From an uncultured Alphaproteobacteria bacterium (lineage in GTDB: Bacteria > Pseudomonadota > Alphaproteobacteria > Methylaequorales > Methylaequoraceae), in assembly GCA_902530985.1 (NCBI GenBank), contig CACACI010000004.1:2339-66338 (forward strand): DNA of 64,000 nucleotides, given 5' to 3'. The translations under genes were made by a program, and so were the position numbers. Within the stretch, counting starts at the first letter, position 1. Each line of letters starts with the position of its first letter. Below are positions 40,020 through 49,110 of this stretch, one piece after another. The notes under the pieces were generated by a model that saw only the letters and a list, made by a program, of their open reading frames with translations, was not told the DNA's origin and ran no database searches.

Positions 40020-40628
40020 ATGGATTCAAGTTCACCAAAAAAAATAAAGCTGGCACATCAGAATAAAGTAAGCAGAAAAGAAGCAGAAAAAGCAGTGGAG
40101 ACACTAATTCGCTGGGCAGGTGATGACCCTGAAAGAGAAGGTTTACGTGAAACTCCAAAAAGAGTTATCAATGCCTATGAAGAGTTTTTCTTAGGCTATA
40201 ACGAATCGCCAGAGAAAATCCTTTCCAAAACCTTTGAGGATGTCCAAGGTTATAAAGACATGGTAATGTTAAAAGATATACCCTTTAATTCTCATTGTGA
40301 ACATCATATGGTACCCATAATAGGAGTTGCTCACATTGCTTACATTCCGGTAAAAAGAGTAGTTGGTATTTCCAAGTTAGCAAGAACAGTTGAAATCTTT
40401 GCCAAGAGACTCCAAACACAAGAAACAATGACTCAACAGATCTCAACTGCAATTAATAATGCAATGAAACCAAGAGGAGTTGCTATTTACATCAAAGCTA
40501 TTCACCAATGTATGACAACTAGAGGAGTTGAAAAACCAAATGTCTCAACAATCACAAATTCTTTTTTAGGTGAGTTTAAAACAGACTTAAACTTACAAAA
40601 AAGATTTTTGAATTATATTATGGACTAA
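40020..40628 (+). CDS. folE: GTP cyclohydrolase I
   Basis: ETPKRV, SHCEHH, GISKLAR, RLQTQE, HQCMTTRG. Confidence 0.96.
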   Translation: MDSSSPKKIKLAHQNKVSRKEAEKAVETLIRWAGDDPEREGLRETPKRVINAYEEFFLGYNESPEKILSKTFEDVQGYKDMVMLKDIPFNSHCEHHMVPIIGVAHIAYIPVKRVVGISKLARTVEIFAKRLQTQETMTQQISTAINNAMKPRGVAIYIKAIHQCMTTRGVEKPNVSTITNSFLGEFKTDLNLQKRFLNYIMD

Positions 40629-41101
40629 TGATTAAGAGTTTCAGTAAAAGAGAATCTATTTTTGAAGTTGAAGAGGGCACAACACTTCAGCCAAAGTTCG
40701 ACGACAACAACTTGATCCCTGTAATTACTGTGGATTCAAATAACAATCATATACTTATGCACGGTTACATGAATCCTGAGGCATTTAAATTATCAATGAA
40801 TACAGGAGAAGCCCACTATTGGTCAAGAAGTAGGAAATGTATTTGGAAAAAAGGTGAAACAAGTGGTTTAAAACAAAAGATAAAAGAAATTAAAATAGAT
40901 GATGACCAAGATTGTGTTATTTTTAAAGTAGAGCTAGGGGGACTTAAGGCTAGTTGTCATGTTGGGTACAAATCCTGTTTTTACAGAAAATTGGCTTTAG
41001 CTGACAATAAATATTCAATTAAACTTGAGTTTACTGAAAAAGAAAAGGTTTTTGACCCTAAAGAAGTTTATGGAGATGCCCCAAACCCTACCAAACTTTA
41101 A
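40628..41101 (+). CDS. hisI: phosphoribosyl-AMP cyclohydrolase
   Basis: YWSRSR, WKKGETSG, DDDQD, SCHVGYKSCFY. Confidence 0.93.
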   Translation: MIKSFSKRESIFEVEEGTTLQPKFDDNNLIPVITVDSNNNHILMHGYMNPEAFKLSMNTGEAHYWSRSRKCIWKKGETSGLKQKIKEIKIDDDQDCVIFKVELGGLKASCHVGYKSCFYRKLALADNKYSIKLEFTEKEKVFDPKEVYGDAPNPTKL

Positions 41102-41174
41102 TAGAACATATCTTATAAAAATTAACATTTTTTTTATATCGTAAAAAAACCTTCAGAACACTACATTATGATTA

Positions 41175-41197
41175 AGAATGTTGTAATTAAACATTCT
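41175..41197. promoter_or_regulatory. candidate operator: perfect inverted repeat AGAATGTT-N7-AACATTCT upstream of the aldehyde dehydrogenase
   Basis: 8-bp arms read directly from the sequence, about 60 bp upstream of the ATG. Confidence 0.45.
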
Positions 41198-41256
41198 AAT
41201 TGTTAGGATAATAGCAAAAGCTTTATTTTATAATTTAATAATTGGAGGGAATTAAA

Positions 41257-42774
41257 ATGGATGCTTCTATTCTAGACTATACTGTTAACGACAACGTTGG
41301 CAAGTTTCTTAAACAAACTCAAAAACTCTATATCAATGGTAAATGGGTAAATTCAAAATCTGGTAAAACCTTTGATGTTGAAGATCCTGCAACAGGCAAA
41401 AAAATATCTACTTGCTCGGCAGGTAGTGAGGAAGATATTAATTTGGCAGTATCAGCAGCCAGAAAATGTTTTGATTCTGGTAAATGGCATAAAGTACCAC
41501 CAAATGAAAAAGGGAAAATAATATGGAAAATTGCAGAATTAATTGATGATCACACGGAAGAACTAGCGCAACTAGAGTCTTTAGATAATGGAAAACCTGT
41601 TGCTATAGCTGCAGGTGCTGATGTTGCACTATCCTCAGATATTTTTAGGTATATGGCTGGTTGGGCTACAAAAATAGAAGGTGAAACAATCCCAATTTCT
41701 GTTCCATACACTCCTGGAGCACAATATCATAGTTATACTTTAAGGGAACCAGTTGGTGTAGTTGGTCAGATTATTCCTTGGAATTTTCCTCTTTTAATGG
41801 CTGCATGGAAATTATCTGTAGCACTAGCCGCAGGTTGTACTATCGTCTTAAAGCCTGCAGAACAAACTCCATTATCTGCACTAAGATTAACTGAAATCAT
41901 AAACGATGCAAATATTTTACCTGAGGGAGTTTTAAATGTTGTAACAGGATTTGGTGAGGAAGCAGGTGCTCCCCTTGCAGCGCACCCTCATGTTGATAAA
42001 GTTGCATTTACTGGATCAACTGAAGTTGGTAAATTAATCACCAAAGCATCCGCAGGAAATCTAAAAAAAGTTTCATTAGAACTTGGGGGCAAATCACCAA
42101 CAATTATTTTTCCAGACGCTGATATTGATGCTGCAATTGCTGGTGCTGCAAGTGCTATTTTCTTTAATCATGGTCAATGCTGTTGTGCTGGATCAAGATT
42201 AATGGCTCATGAAAAAGTTTTTGATCAGGTAACTGAAGGGATTTCAAAAATAGCTTCAAATATTAAGGTTGGACCTGGTATGGACTCATCATCTGAAATG
42301 GGACCTTTAGTCTCAGATGAACAGTTTAAAAAAGTATCCGGTTACATTGAATCTGGTAAGTCTGAAGGTGGCAAAATTGTAGCTGGAGGTAAATATGATA
42401 ATTCATCTGGTGGGCATTTTGTTCATCCAACTGTTTTTGCAAAAACTAATAAGGATATGTCAATAGTTAAAGAAGAAATATTTGGACCTGTACTCTGTGC
42501 ACAACCATTTTCTGATCAAGATCTAGATAAAATTGCTGAGGCAGCAAATAATACCACTTTTGGTTTAGCTGCTAGTGTATGGAGCCAAAATATAAGTACG
42601 GCACATAAACTTGCAGCAAAGATTAGAGCTGGAACAGTTTGGGTCAATTGTCATAATATTTTTGATGCATCACTACCATTTGGAGGATATAAAGAATCTG
42701 GATGGGGAAGAGAAATGGGTCATGAAGTTCTAAAAAGCTATACAGAGCTCAAAGCTGTCACTGTTAATCTTTAA
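41257..42774 (+). CDS. NAD-dependent aldehyde dehydrogenase (DhaS/phenylacetaldehyde-dehydrogenase-like)
   Basis: IIPWNFP, KPAEQTP, FTGSTEVG, LELGGKSP, GQCCCAGSR, EEIFGP; strong SD GGAGGG before ATG 41257. Confidence 0.95.
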   Translation: MDASILDYTVNDNVGKFLKQTQKLYINGKWVNSKSGKTFDVEDPATGKKISTCSAGSEEDINLAVSAARKCFDSGKWHKVPPNEKGKIIWKIAELIDDHTEELAQLESLDNGKPVAIAAGADVALSSDIFRYMAGWATKIEGETIPISVPYTPGAQYHSYTLREPVGVVGQIIPWNFPLLMAAWKLSVALAAGCTIVLKPAEQTPLSALRLTEIINDANILPEGVLNVVTGFGEEAGAPLAAHPHVDKVAFTGSTEVGKLITKASAGNLKKVSLELGGKSPTIIFPDADIDAAIAGAASAIFFNHGQCCCAGSRLMAHEKVFDQVTEGISKIASNIKVGPGMDSSSEMGPLVSDEQFKKVSGYIESGKSEGGKIVAGGKYDNSSGGHFVHPTVFAKTNKDMSIVKEEIFGPVLCAQPFSDQDLDKIAEAANNTTFGLAASVWSQNISTAHKLAAKIRAGTVWVNCHNIFDASLPFGGYKESGWGREMGHEVLKSYTELKAVTVNL

Positions 42775-42783
42775 AACTAATAA

Positions 42784-42814
42784 TAAAGCCAGGTTAATTT
42801 TATGCCTGGCTTTA
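42784..42814 (+). terminator. stem-loop after the aldehyde dehydrogenase (terminator or mRNA-stabilising hairpin)
   Basis: TAAAGCCAGG-N11-CCTGGCTTTA perfect 10-bp stem just after the stop codon. Confidence 0.7.
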
Positions 42815-42818
42815 ATTT

Positions 42819-43100
42819 ATGAAAAAACTTCCTTCCAAAGAAAAATTATATAATAAATTCATCTTCTTAAATAAGTTGATTGCATTTTCTTTCTCTTTAT
42901 TAATTTTATTTATATACTTTGCATTCATTTTACTAATTGGTTTTAGGCCTAGAGTTTTAGGTATTTACTTATATGACAGCTATATTACAGTTGGAATAGT
43001 CCTTGGACTTTCTATAATTATTTTTTCAATTTTTCTTACGTTCGCATACACACTTATAGCAAATAATTATCTTGATAAACTTAAAGATAAATTAAAATGA
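42819..43100 (+). CDS. DUF485 (YjcH-like) small membrane protein
   Basis: Two TM helices, [19 protein letters not shown]; directly upstream of actP. Confidence 0.82.
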   Translation: MKKLPSKEKLYNKFIFLNKLIAFSFSLLILFIYFAFILLIGFRPRVLGIYLYDSYITVGIVLGLSIIIFSIFLTFAYTLIANNYLDKLKDKLK

Positions 43101-44707
43101 CGGTTTTTTATTATTTTATCTTTTTATTTTTTTTTCCTTCATTGTGTTTAGCAACTAGTGGTGGGAGCAATTATTTTGCTGCCATCATATTTATTTTATT
43201 TGTTTTTGTAACCCTACTGATAACATACTATGCTTCAAAAAAAACCAATATAAAAGAAAATTATTATGCTGCAGGAGGGAAGATTTCAGGTTTTCAAAAT
43301 GGCCTTGCAATTGCAGGTGATTACATGTCAGCTGCGTCATTCCTAGGAATTTCAGGTTTAGTCTTTTTTTCTGGTTTTGATGGTTTGATTTATTCTATTG
43401 GCTTTCTTGTTGGTTGGCCAATAATTCTATTCTTAATTTCTGAAAGACTTAAAAATCTAGGAAAGTTTACATTTGCTGATGTAACTTCAATCCGCTTAGA
43501 ACAATCAAAAATAAGAATACTTTCTGCTATTGGAACTCTAGTTACTGTCATTCTTTATTTAATTGCTCAAATGGTTGGTGCAGGCTCTCTTATACAAATA
43601 CTTTTTGGATTGCCATACGAAGTTGCTGTATGGATTGTTGGTATCTTAATGATTATTTATGTTGGGTTTGGTGGAATGATTGCTACTACATGGGTCCAAA
43701 TAATAAAAGCATTTCTTTTGATATTTGGAGCTTCGATTCTGGCTTTTCTCGTTTTTAAAGAATTTTCATTCAGTTTAAGTAATCTTTTAAATCAAGCAAC
43801 TTTGATTCATGATAGTGGACAGGAAATCTTATTTCCTGGAAGACTTATAGATGATCCTATATCTGCAATTTCCTTAGGAATAGCATTAATTTTAGGAACA
43901 GCAGGTCTACCACATATTTTAATGAGATTCTTCACAGTACCAGATGCAAAAAGTGCCAGAATTTCTGCTTTATACGCAACAACTTTTATTGGATATTTTT
44001 ATATTTTAACTTTTGTAATTGGTTTTGGAGCAATAGTTTTTTTAACAAAAGATTCATCTTACCTTGATAGTACTGGAAACCTTTTAGGTTCTAATAATAT
44101 GGCAGCAATTCACCTCTCGCATTCAATTGGAGGAGAGTTTTTTCTTGGTTTTATTTCGGCAGTAGCATTTGCTACAATTTTGGCTGTTGTATCTGGTTTA
44201 ACTTTAGCTGGCGCTTCAGCTGTAGGAAGAGATTTATTTGTTTATGTTATAAAAAAAGGAAATGTTGATGATAAAAAGGAATTATTAGTATCAAAATCTT
44301 CAAGTGTTTTAATAGGTATCTTAGCTATCTTTCTTGGAATTTTTTTTGAAGGACAAAACGTTGCATTTATGGTTGGGTTAGCATTTGCTGTTGCAGCTAG
44401 CACTAATTTCCCAATTCTCTTCTTAACCATTACATGGAAACATTTAACCACTAATGGAGCATTTTATGGAGGTATGATTGGCCTAATTACTACCATAGCT
44501 TTAGTAATATTAGGACCAACCATTTGGATTGAGGTATTTAATTTTAAAAAAGCAATTTTTCCATACAAATATCCTGCAATCTTTACTGTAAGTATATCGT
44601 TTATCTCAATAGTTTTAATTTCTCTATTAGATAAAAGAGCAAATAAATTGGAAAATATTGAAAAATTTAATAAACTTACTAGAGAAGCTTATTTAGGGAA
44701 TAAATAG
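43097..44707 (+). CDS. actP: cation/acetate symporter (sodium:solute symporter family)
   Basis: [44 protein letters not shown]. Confidence 0.92.
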   Translation: MTVFYYFIFLFFFPSLCLATSGGSNYFAAIIFILFVFVTLLITYYASKKTNIKENYYAAGGKISGFQNGLAIAGDYMSAASFLGISGLVFFSGFDGLIYSIGFLVGWPIILFLISERLKNLGKFTFADVTSIRLEQSKIRILSAIGTLVTVILYLIAQMVGAGSLIQILFGLPYEVAVWIVGILMIIYVGFGGMIATTWVQIIKAFLLIFGASILAFLVFKEFSFSLSNLLNQATLIHDSGQEILFPGRLIDDPISAISLGIALILGTAGLPHILMRFFTVPDAKSARISALYATTFIGYFYILTFVIGFGAIVFLTKDSSYLDSTGNLLGSNNMAAIHLSHSIGGEFFLGFISAVAFATILAVVSGLTLAGASAVGRDLFVYVIKKGNVDDKKELLVSKSSSVLIGILAIFLGIFFEGQNVAFMVGLAFAVAASTNFPILFLTITWKHLTTNGAFYGGMIGLITTIALVILGPTIWIEVFNFKKAIFPYKYPAIFTVSISFISIVLISLLDKRANKLENIEKFNKLTREAYLGNK

Positions 44708-44708
44708 A

Positions 44709-44978
44709 TTGTTATTTTTAAATGTTGATGAACCAAGTCCGAATGAAATAAGGGAATGGATGAAAAAGAATGACCTTTCAATTCAAAGTGCATCAGATTC
44801 ACTAGGCATAAGTAAAAGGCAATTTGCTAGAATATTATCTGGTGAATCAAAAGCAAAAAGACTGCATACTCTTGCAATGCAGATGATTTGGCTAATTAAT
44901 GAAAATAAACGGAAAATAATGGATAACAAACTAGATAATAGCTTTAAAAAAAAAAGTATAAAAATTCCTATCAAATAA
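44709..44978 (+). CDS. small XRE/Cro-like helix-turn-helix protein
   Basis: IREWMKKNDLSIQSASDSLGISKRQFARILSG fits the XRE HTH pattern; TTG start uncertain. Confidence 0.6.
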   Translation: MLFLNVDEPSPNEIREWMKKNDLSIQSASDSLGISKRQFARILSGESKAKRLHTLAMQMIWLINENKRKIMDNKLDNSFKKKSIKIPIK

Positions 44979-44981
44979 TCC

Positions 44982-45902
44982 TTATTCCTTATAAATAAGA
45001 AAATTCATTCTCTTATTTTCAAATCTCACTTTTCTTATAATATCAAGTATTAATCCAGAAAAGAAACTTAAAAAGCTAAGTATCATTAGACAACCAGCTA
45101 GAATAGCTGATGGCATTTTTTCAACAAGACCAGTCAAATAAAAATCACGTATTACGGGTATACCACTGATTAGTGAAAAAAGCAGAAAGATAATACTTAA
45201 TATAGTAAAAAAAAGAAGAGGTTTTTCATCTTTTATTAATATTAGAATAAGTCTTAATATTTTAATTCCATCTTTAAAAGTACTTAATTTGCTTGATGAA
45301 CCATCTATTCTTGAACTATAATTACAATCATATTCTGCAACAGATAATCTTTGTTCTAGTGCGTGGATTGTAAGTTCAGCTTCAACCTCAAATTCTTGAG
45401 ATATTAAAGGAAAAGTTTTAATAAATCTTTTAGAAAAAATTCTAAATCCAGAAAAAATATCAGTAATATCTCTTCCAAAGAAAAAGTTTACGAAGTTTGA
45501 AAAAAACCTATTACCTAATACATGACCCTTTCTATAAGCTAAAGAATCTGAATGAACCCTTTTACCAACTATCATATCATATTTATATTTTCTCATTAAA
45601 TCTAACATTTTGTTAATTTTTGAAACATCATATGTATCGTCGCCATCAATCATTATAAAAAAGTCACCATCAATTTGATCAGAAAACATAACTCTTACAA
45701 CATTACCCTTTCCTTTTTTACTTATATGACGAACTTCCGCCCCATTCTTGAGTGCAATTTTTACAGAATTATCAACAGATCCATTATCGTAAACTATGAT
45801 TTTACATTTAGGGATTTGTTTTGTTATTTTATTAATGACATTTCCTATCCCAGCCTCTTCATTAAGACAGGGGATTTGGACAACTATTTTTTGTGTTTTC
45901 AT
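44982..45902 (-). CDS. glycosyltransferase family 2 (DPM1/GtrB-like, C-terminal TM helices)
   Basis: IPCLNE, YDNGS, DGDDTY, DIFSGFR, FEVEAEL. Confidence 0.9.
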   Translation of the reverse strand: MKTQKIVVQIPCLNEEAGIGNVINKITKQIPKCKIIVYDNGSVDNSVKIALKNGAEVRHISKKGKGNVVRVMFSDQIDGDFFIMIDGDDTYDVSKINKMLDLMRKYKYDMIVGKRVHSDSLAYRKGHVLGNRFFSNFVNFFFGRDITDIFSGFRIFSKRFIKTFPLISQEFEVEAELTIHALEQRLSVAEYDCNYSSRIDGSSSKLSTFKDGIKILRLILILIKDEKPLLFFTILSIIFLLFSLISGIPVIRDFYLTGLVEKMPSAILAGCLMILSFLSFFSGLILDIIRKVRFENKRMNFLIYKE

Positions 45903-46657
45903 TGAGAGACAAATACCAATCGATAAGAAGAATTATCAAATTCCAGGAATTTGAATCCAAATTCGTTAAAATCTTCTAGTTTATCTATACTCTGAATTTT
46001 ATTTACTATGATAAACCTTGCCATCGCTCCTCTTAGTTTCTTTATGACCATTCCAATACCTGATAAATTATTACCTATTTTCTTTTTAAAATCAAAGTTT
46101 ACTATTTGACTTTCTAATTCTGAGTTTTTAATTACTGAAGCATACTCATTAGATGCCAAGTTGAATAAATATTTAGATTTAGTCTTTTTAATGTCATTAT
46201 TAAGTTTAGTTGTTACTTTTTTACCCCAATAATTATAAAGATCTTCTCCCAGTATATTATTCATTTTTGTACCCATTTCTAATCTATAGGGCTCAATCAG
46301 ATCTGATGGCTTTAATATTCCATACAAACCAGACAAAATTCTGAGATTTTTCTCAGCGTACACTAGAGATCGATTGTTCATTGATCTTATTAACAAGCCA
46401 TTAAATGTATCACCAGAAAAAATAAATCCTGCCTGTTTCATCATGTTATTTTTTTTATTTATATCTTTATATCTCTCAAAATTAAGTTTTGCTAATGAAT
46501 CACTTATATTCATAAGAGACTTAATTTCTTTTTTATCAAGAGTTTTGATTTTTTTTATTAAGCATTTAACCTCAGAGGAGAAATAAGGAATTGTCTCTTC
46601 CAGCGGAATATCTTCAGTTTTTAAATTGAGGTTTTTAGATGGAGAAATAATAATCAT
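45899..46657 (-). CDS. yaaA: peroxide stress protein YaaA (UPF0246)
   Basis: ISPSK, RILSGLYG, YRLEMGT, NLASNEY, KKLRG. Confidence 0.9.
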   Translation of the reverse strand: MIIISPSKNLNLKTEDIPLEETIPYFSSEVKCLIKKIKTLDKKEIKSLMNISDSLAKLNFERYKDINKKNNMMKQAGFIFSGDTFNGLLIRSMNNRSLVYAEKNLRILSGLYGILKPSDLIEPYRLEMGTKMNNILGEDLYNYWGKKVTTKLNNDIKKTKSKYLFNLASNEYASVIKNSELESQIVNFDFKKKIGNNLSGIGMVIKKLRGAMARFIIVNKIQSIDKLEDFNEFGFKFLEFDNSSYRLVFVSQ

Positions 46658-46697
46658 ATATCTATGATATAATAAAATAAAAAAAAAATTAAATATA

Positions 46698-47168
46698 TTA
46701 TTTAATCATAGCCCATTGACCACTTTTTTCTCTACAGGCTGTTCCAAATGAATTTGATGTCTCACTTCCTTTTAAATAAATATTTTCTATCAACCTGCAT
46801 TCCGGCGACCCAAAATAACCCCTAATTTTGATAACACCTTTGTTTCCGCTTTTTGGATTATTCCAGTAGCCTGAATCAACCGATATATTATTATCATTAA
46901 TTTCAAGAACTCTTAAAGTTTCTTGTTTGAAAAAATAATAATCATCTTGATTTATAAAATCAATTAAATAGGAACCAATTACTGCTCCCAAAGTAGATCC
47001 AATAGTTGTAGATAATAAGTCTCCATCTCCAAGTTGATAACCAAAATAACCTCCAACTGCAGTAGAAGAAGTTTTCATTACTGAAGATTTATCAATATTC
47101 ATTGATGAACATGATGTTAAAAAAGAAAAAAATAACACCAAAGCAATAATTCTAAAATTATTCTTCAT
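46698..47168 (-). CDS. 17-kDa antigen-like lipoprotein
   Basis: Lipobox LTSC, degenerate glycine zipper, WNNPKSGNKG, CR...GTACREKSGQW. Confidence 0.78.
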   Translation of the reverse strand: MKNNFRIIALVLFFSFLTSCSSMNIDKSSVMKTSSTAVGGYFGYQLGDGDLLSTTIGSTLGAVIGSYLIDFINQDDYYFFKQETLRVLEINDNNISVDSGYWNNPKSGNKGVIKIRGYFGSPECRLIENIYLKGSETSNSFGTACREKSGQWAMIK

Positions 47169-47631
47169 AATACCTATTTAATATGTAATTTCTGTTATTT
47201 GTGTTTATTATTGAATTTGAAAAATTTTTATTATTTCTCAGTTCTATAGCTTTAGATGAATATTTTTTATTTATTAATTTTTTTTTTAAATTGTTGTAAT
47301 AATTTATTTCTTCAACTTTTTGATTAACATTTATAATATTCGCAGAATGCTTATCTAAAATGTAACTTTTCTTATAAGCAAGAGGAGAAAGTTTTTCATT
47401 TATACTTGGTGTAAATCCAAGTGGTTCTAAAAAACCAGTATCATGTAGTTTTCGAATCACATAACCTATAGATCCAGCTAGTGTTGCATACTGTAATGTG
47501 TAACTTAGACTCCTAGTTTTAGGGTTTTCTATACCTGCAGCTCCTTCACTACCAAATACTTCACTAAAAGTATTACTCATTGATGATGAAGACCAAAAAA
47601 GAAGTACAATAAATGTTATTTTTCTTAGCAT
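47158..47631 (-). CDS. hypothetical exported protein
   Basis: Signal-peptide-like N-terminus; overlaps the downstream lipoprotein gene. Confidence 0.6.
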   Translation of the reverse strand: MLRKITFIVLLFWSSSSMSNTFSEVFGSEGAAGIENPKTRSLSYTLQYATLAGSIGYVIRKLHDTGFLEPLGFTPSINEKLSPLAYKKSYILDKHSANIINVNQKVEEINYYNNLKKKLINKKYSSKAIELRNNKNFSNSIINTNNRNYILNRYYEE

Positions 47632-47671
47632 TTCATATTTAAACGACTTAAAAAATATTTGTTTAGATTTG

Positions 47672-47962
47672 TCAGAAACTTTCTAATTCCTCGATAAGCA
47701 ATAACTGCTCTTGTAAAGGCAAACTTCTAAAATATCCTGCAGGGACACTTTTCCTTTGATTATCGTAAAACTTTTCAACCAACTCTCTTTTAAATTCATA
47801 AGTGTTAGAGCGTTCAATAGAAGTATCAAAATACTGGTCTGCCACAAAACCTGCACCTATTCCAAGAAGTGAAAGTTCAAAAAGATTTAAAGCCTCAGAT
47901 TTTTTTGCTGTAAAAGCCGTTAACACGAGCAGAATTGATATAAATATCTTTAAATTAAACAT
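47672..47962 (-). CDS. hypothetical exported protein
   Basis: Signal peptide (…SEA) then a GIGAG hydrophobic helix; start re-called to ATG 47962. Confidence 0.6.
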   Translation of the reverse strand: MFNLKIFISILLVLTAFTAKKSEALNLFELSLLGIGAGFVADQYFDTSIERSNTYEFKRELVEKFYDNQRKSVPAGYFRSLPLQEQLLLIEELESF

Positions 47963-47991
47963 AAGTCCACACAATACCTTACATTAAGGTA

Positions 47992-48019
47992 ATTATGAAG
48001 AAATTACATTTTTTTTCAA
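47992..48019 (-). promoter_or_regulatory. candidate sigma70 promoter TTGAAA-N16-CATAAT
   Basis: Read on the minus strand upstream of the 47962-46698 gene trio; weak evidence in AT-rich DNA. Confidence 0.35.
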
Positions 48020-48027
48020 CTAACTTT

Positions 48028-49062
48028 TTAAAAACTATATTGCCATCCAAGAGTAAGTTTATAATTTTCCTTCATTTGGATACCTCTATATTGTTTATAA
48101 ACAGGAAATATACCTTCTATTCCAAGCCTATGATTTTTTAAAAACTCATTATAATTTATAAAATTAACTCCAAAACCAAAGTTTAATTTTTGATGCCCTC
48201 TATTTCTTGCGTCCATAGCTGGGCTCATTCTAGGGTTCATCTCATTATCTGAACCTTCCATTTTATTTTGATAATTGTAATTAATTTTGATAGATGTACT
48301 TATATTGTCACGCCACCTGAAGGAAGACCATATAGTTGCATCAAAATTATCTCCATATTCATAATTTTTTGAATTTTTTCCTGATGCAGATGTCTTAAAA
48401 TAAAATTGCTCACCAAACTTAAGTCTTCCATAAGAATTAACATTATTAACAAAAAAGAAAGGATCAACAGTTCCTGTTCCATTTTGCATAGCGTAACCTA
48501 ATCTAGCATTTGTAGATGCAGGAGTGTTATCTCTTTCATCGATACTTCCAGTTGGCAAACTCAACCCAACGCCTATATGAGTTTTTGTATAATCATTTTG
48601 AAATATTCTAAATAATCCTGATATTCTTGTATCTCCAATACCAGAGGAATTTACATCAAACCTTGCGCCCCCAGACATTCGCATTCTTTGTTGTGTCATC
48701 TCTTTCTCTAGATAACTAGTCATTATCATTATTGTAATATTATCCTTAAGAGCATACATAGCTCCAAACATATGCATATCCATTTTCATTGATATGGGTG
48801 AATTCATGTATCCACCTAATCCATTAGATGCACCATTAGGTGCTGAAGTCACTTCATCAATACCTAATGACTTTGTTCCGTTCATGACATTATTCATTAA
48901 CATATGCCCAAAACGATATGAAAACATTACTTCTCCTTTTTTATGCATATGATCGCCCATTAAAGATATTGGACCATGACTGTCAGCTAAATGCAGCTCA
49001 GAAGATTTAGAATGATTCGAGTTAAAAAAAATTATTAATATGATGATTAAGTTAAACATCAT
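48028..49062 (-). CDS. His/Met-rich outer-membrane beta-barrel 'transporter' (putative metal uptake)
   Basis: Signal peptide, HLADSHGPISLMGDHMHKKG, MKMDMHMFGAM, GIGD, GLSLPTGSID, amphipathic strands, C-terminal GWQYSF. Confidence 0.75.
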   Translation of the reverse strand: MMFNLIIILIIFFNSNHSKSSELHLADSHGPISLMGDHMHKKGEVMFSYRFGHMLMNNVMNGTKSLGIDEVTSAPNGASNGLGGYMNSPISMKMDMHMFGAMYALKDNITIMIMTSYLEKEMTQQRMRMSGGARFDVNSSGIGDTRISGLFRIFQNDYTKTHIGVGLSLPTGSIDERDNTPASTNARLGYAMQNGTGTVDPFFFVNNVNSYGRLKFGEQFYFKTSASGKNSKNYEYGDNFDATIWSSFRWRDNISTSIKINYNYQNKMEGSDNEMNPRMSPAMDARNRGHQKLNFGFGVNFINYNEFLKNHRLGIEGIFPVYKQYRGIQMKENYKLTLGWQYSF

Positions 49063-49110
49063 TTATCCTTTCAAAAGTTATTATTAAAATTTAGGAAAGA
49101 AATAAAGATG
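49057..49110 (-). promoter_or_regulatory. anti-Shine-Dalgarno hairpin linking the leader ORF 3' end to the downstream SD/start
   Basis: mRNA 5' arm CAUCUUUAUUUCUUUC (49110-49095) can pair with GAAAGGAUAAAUGAUG (49072-49057): 15 pairs, one G-U, two single bulges. Confidence 0.6.
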
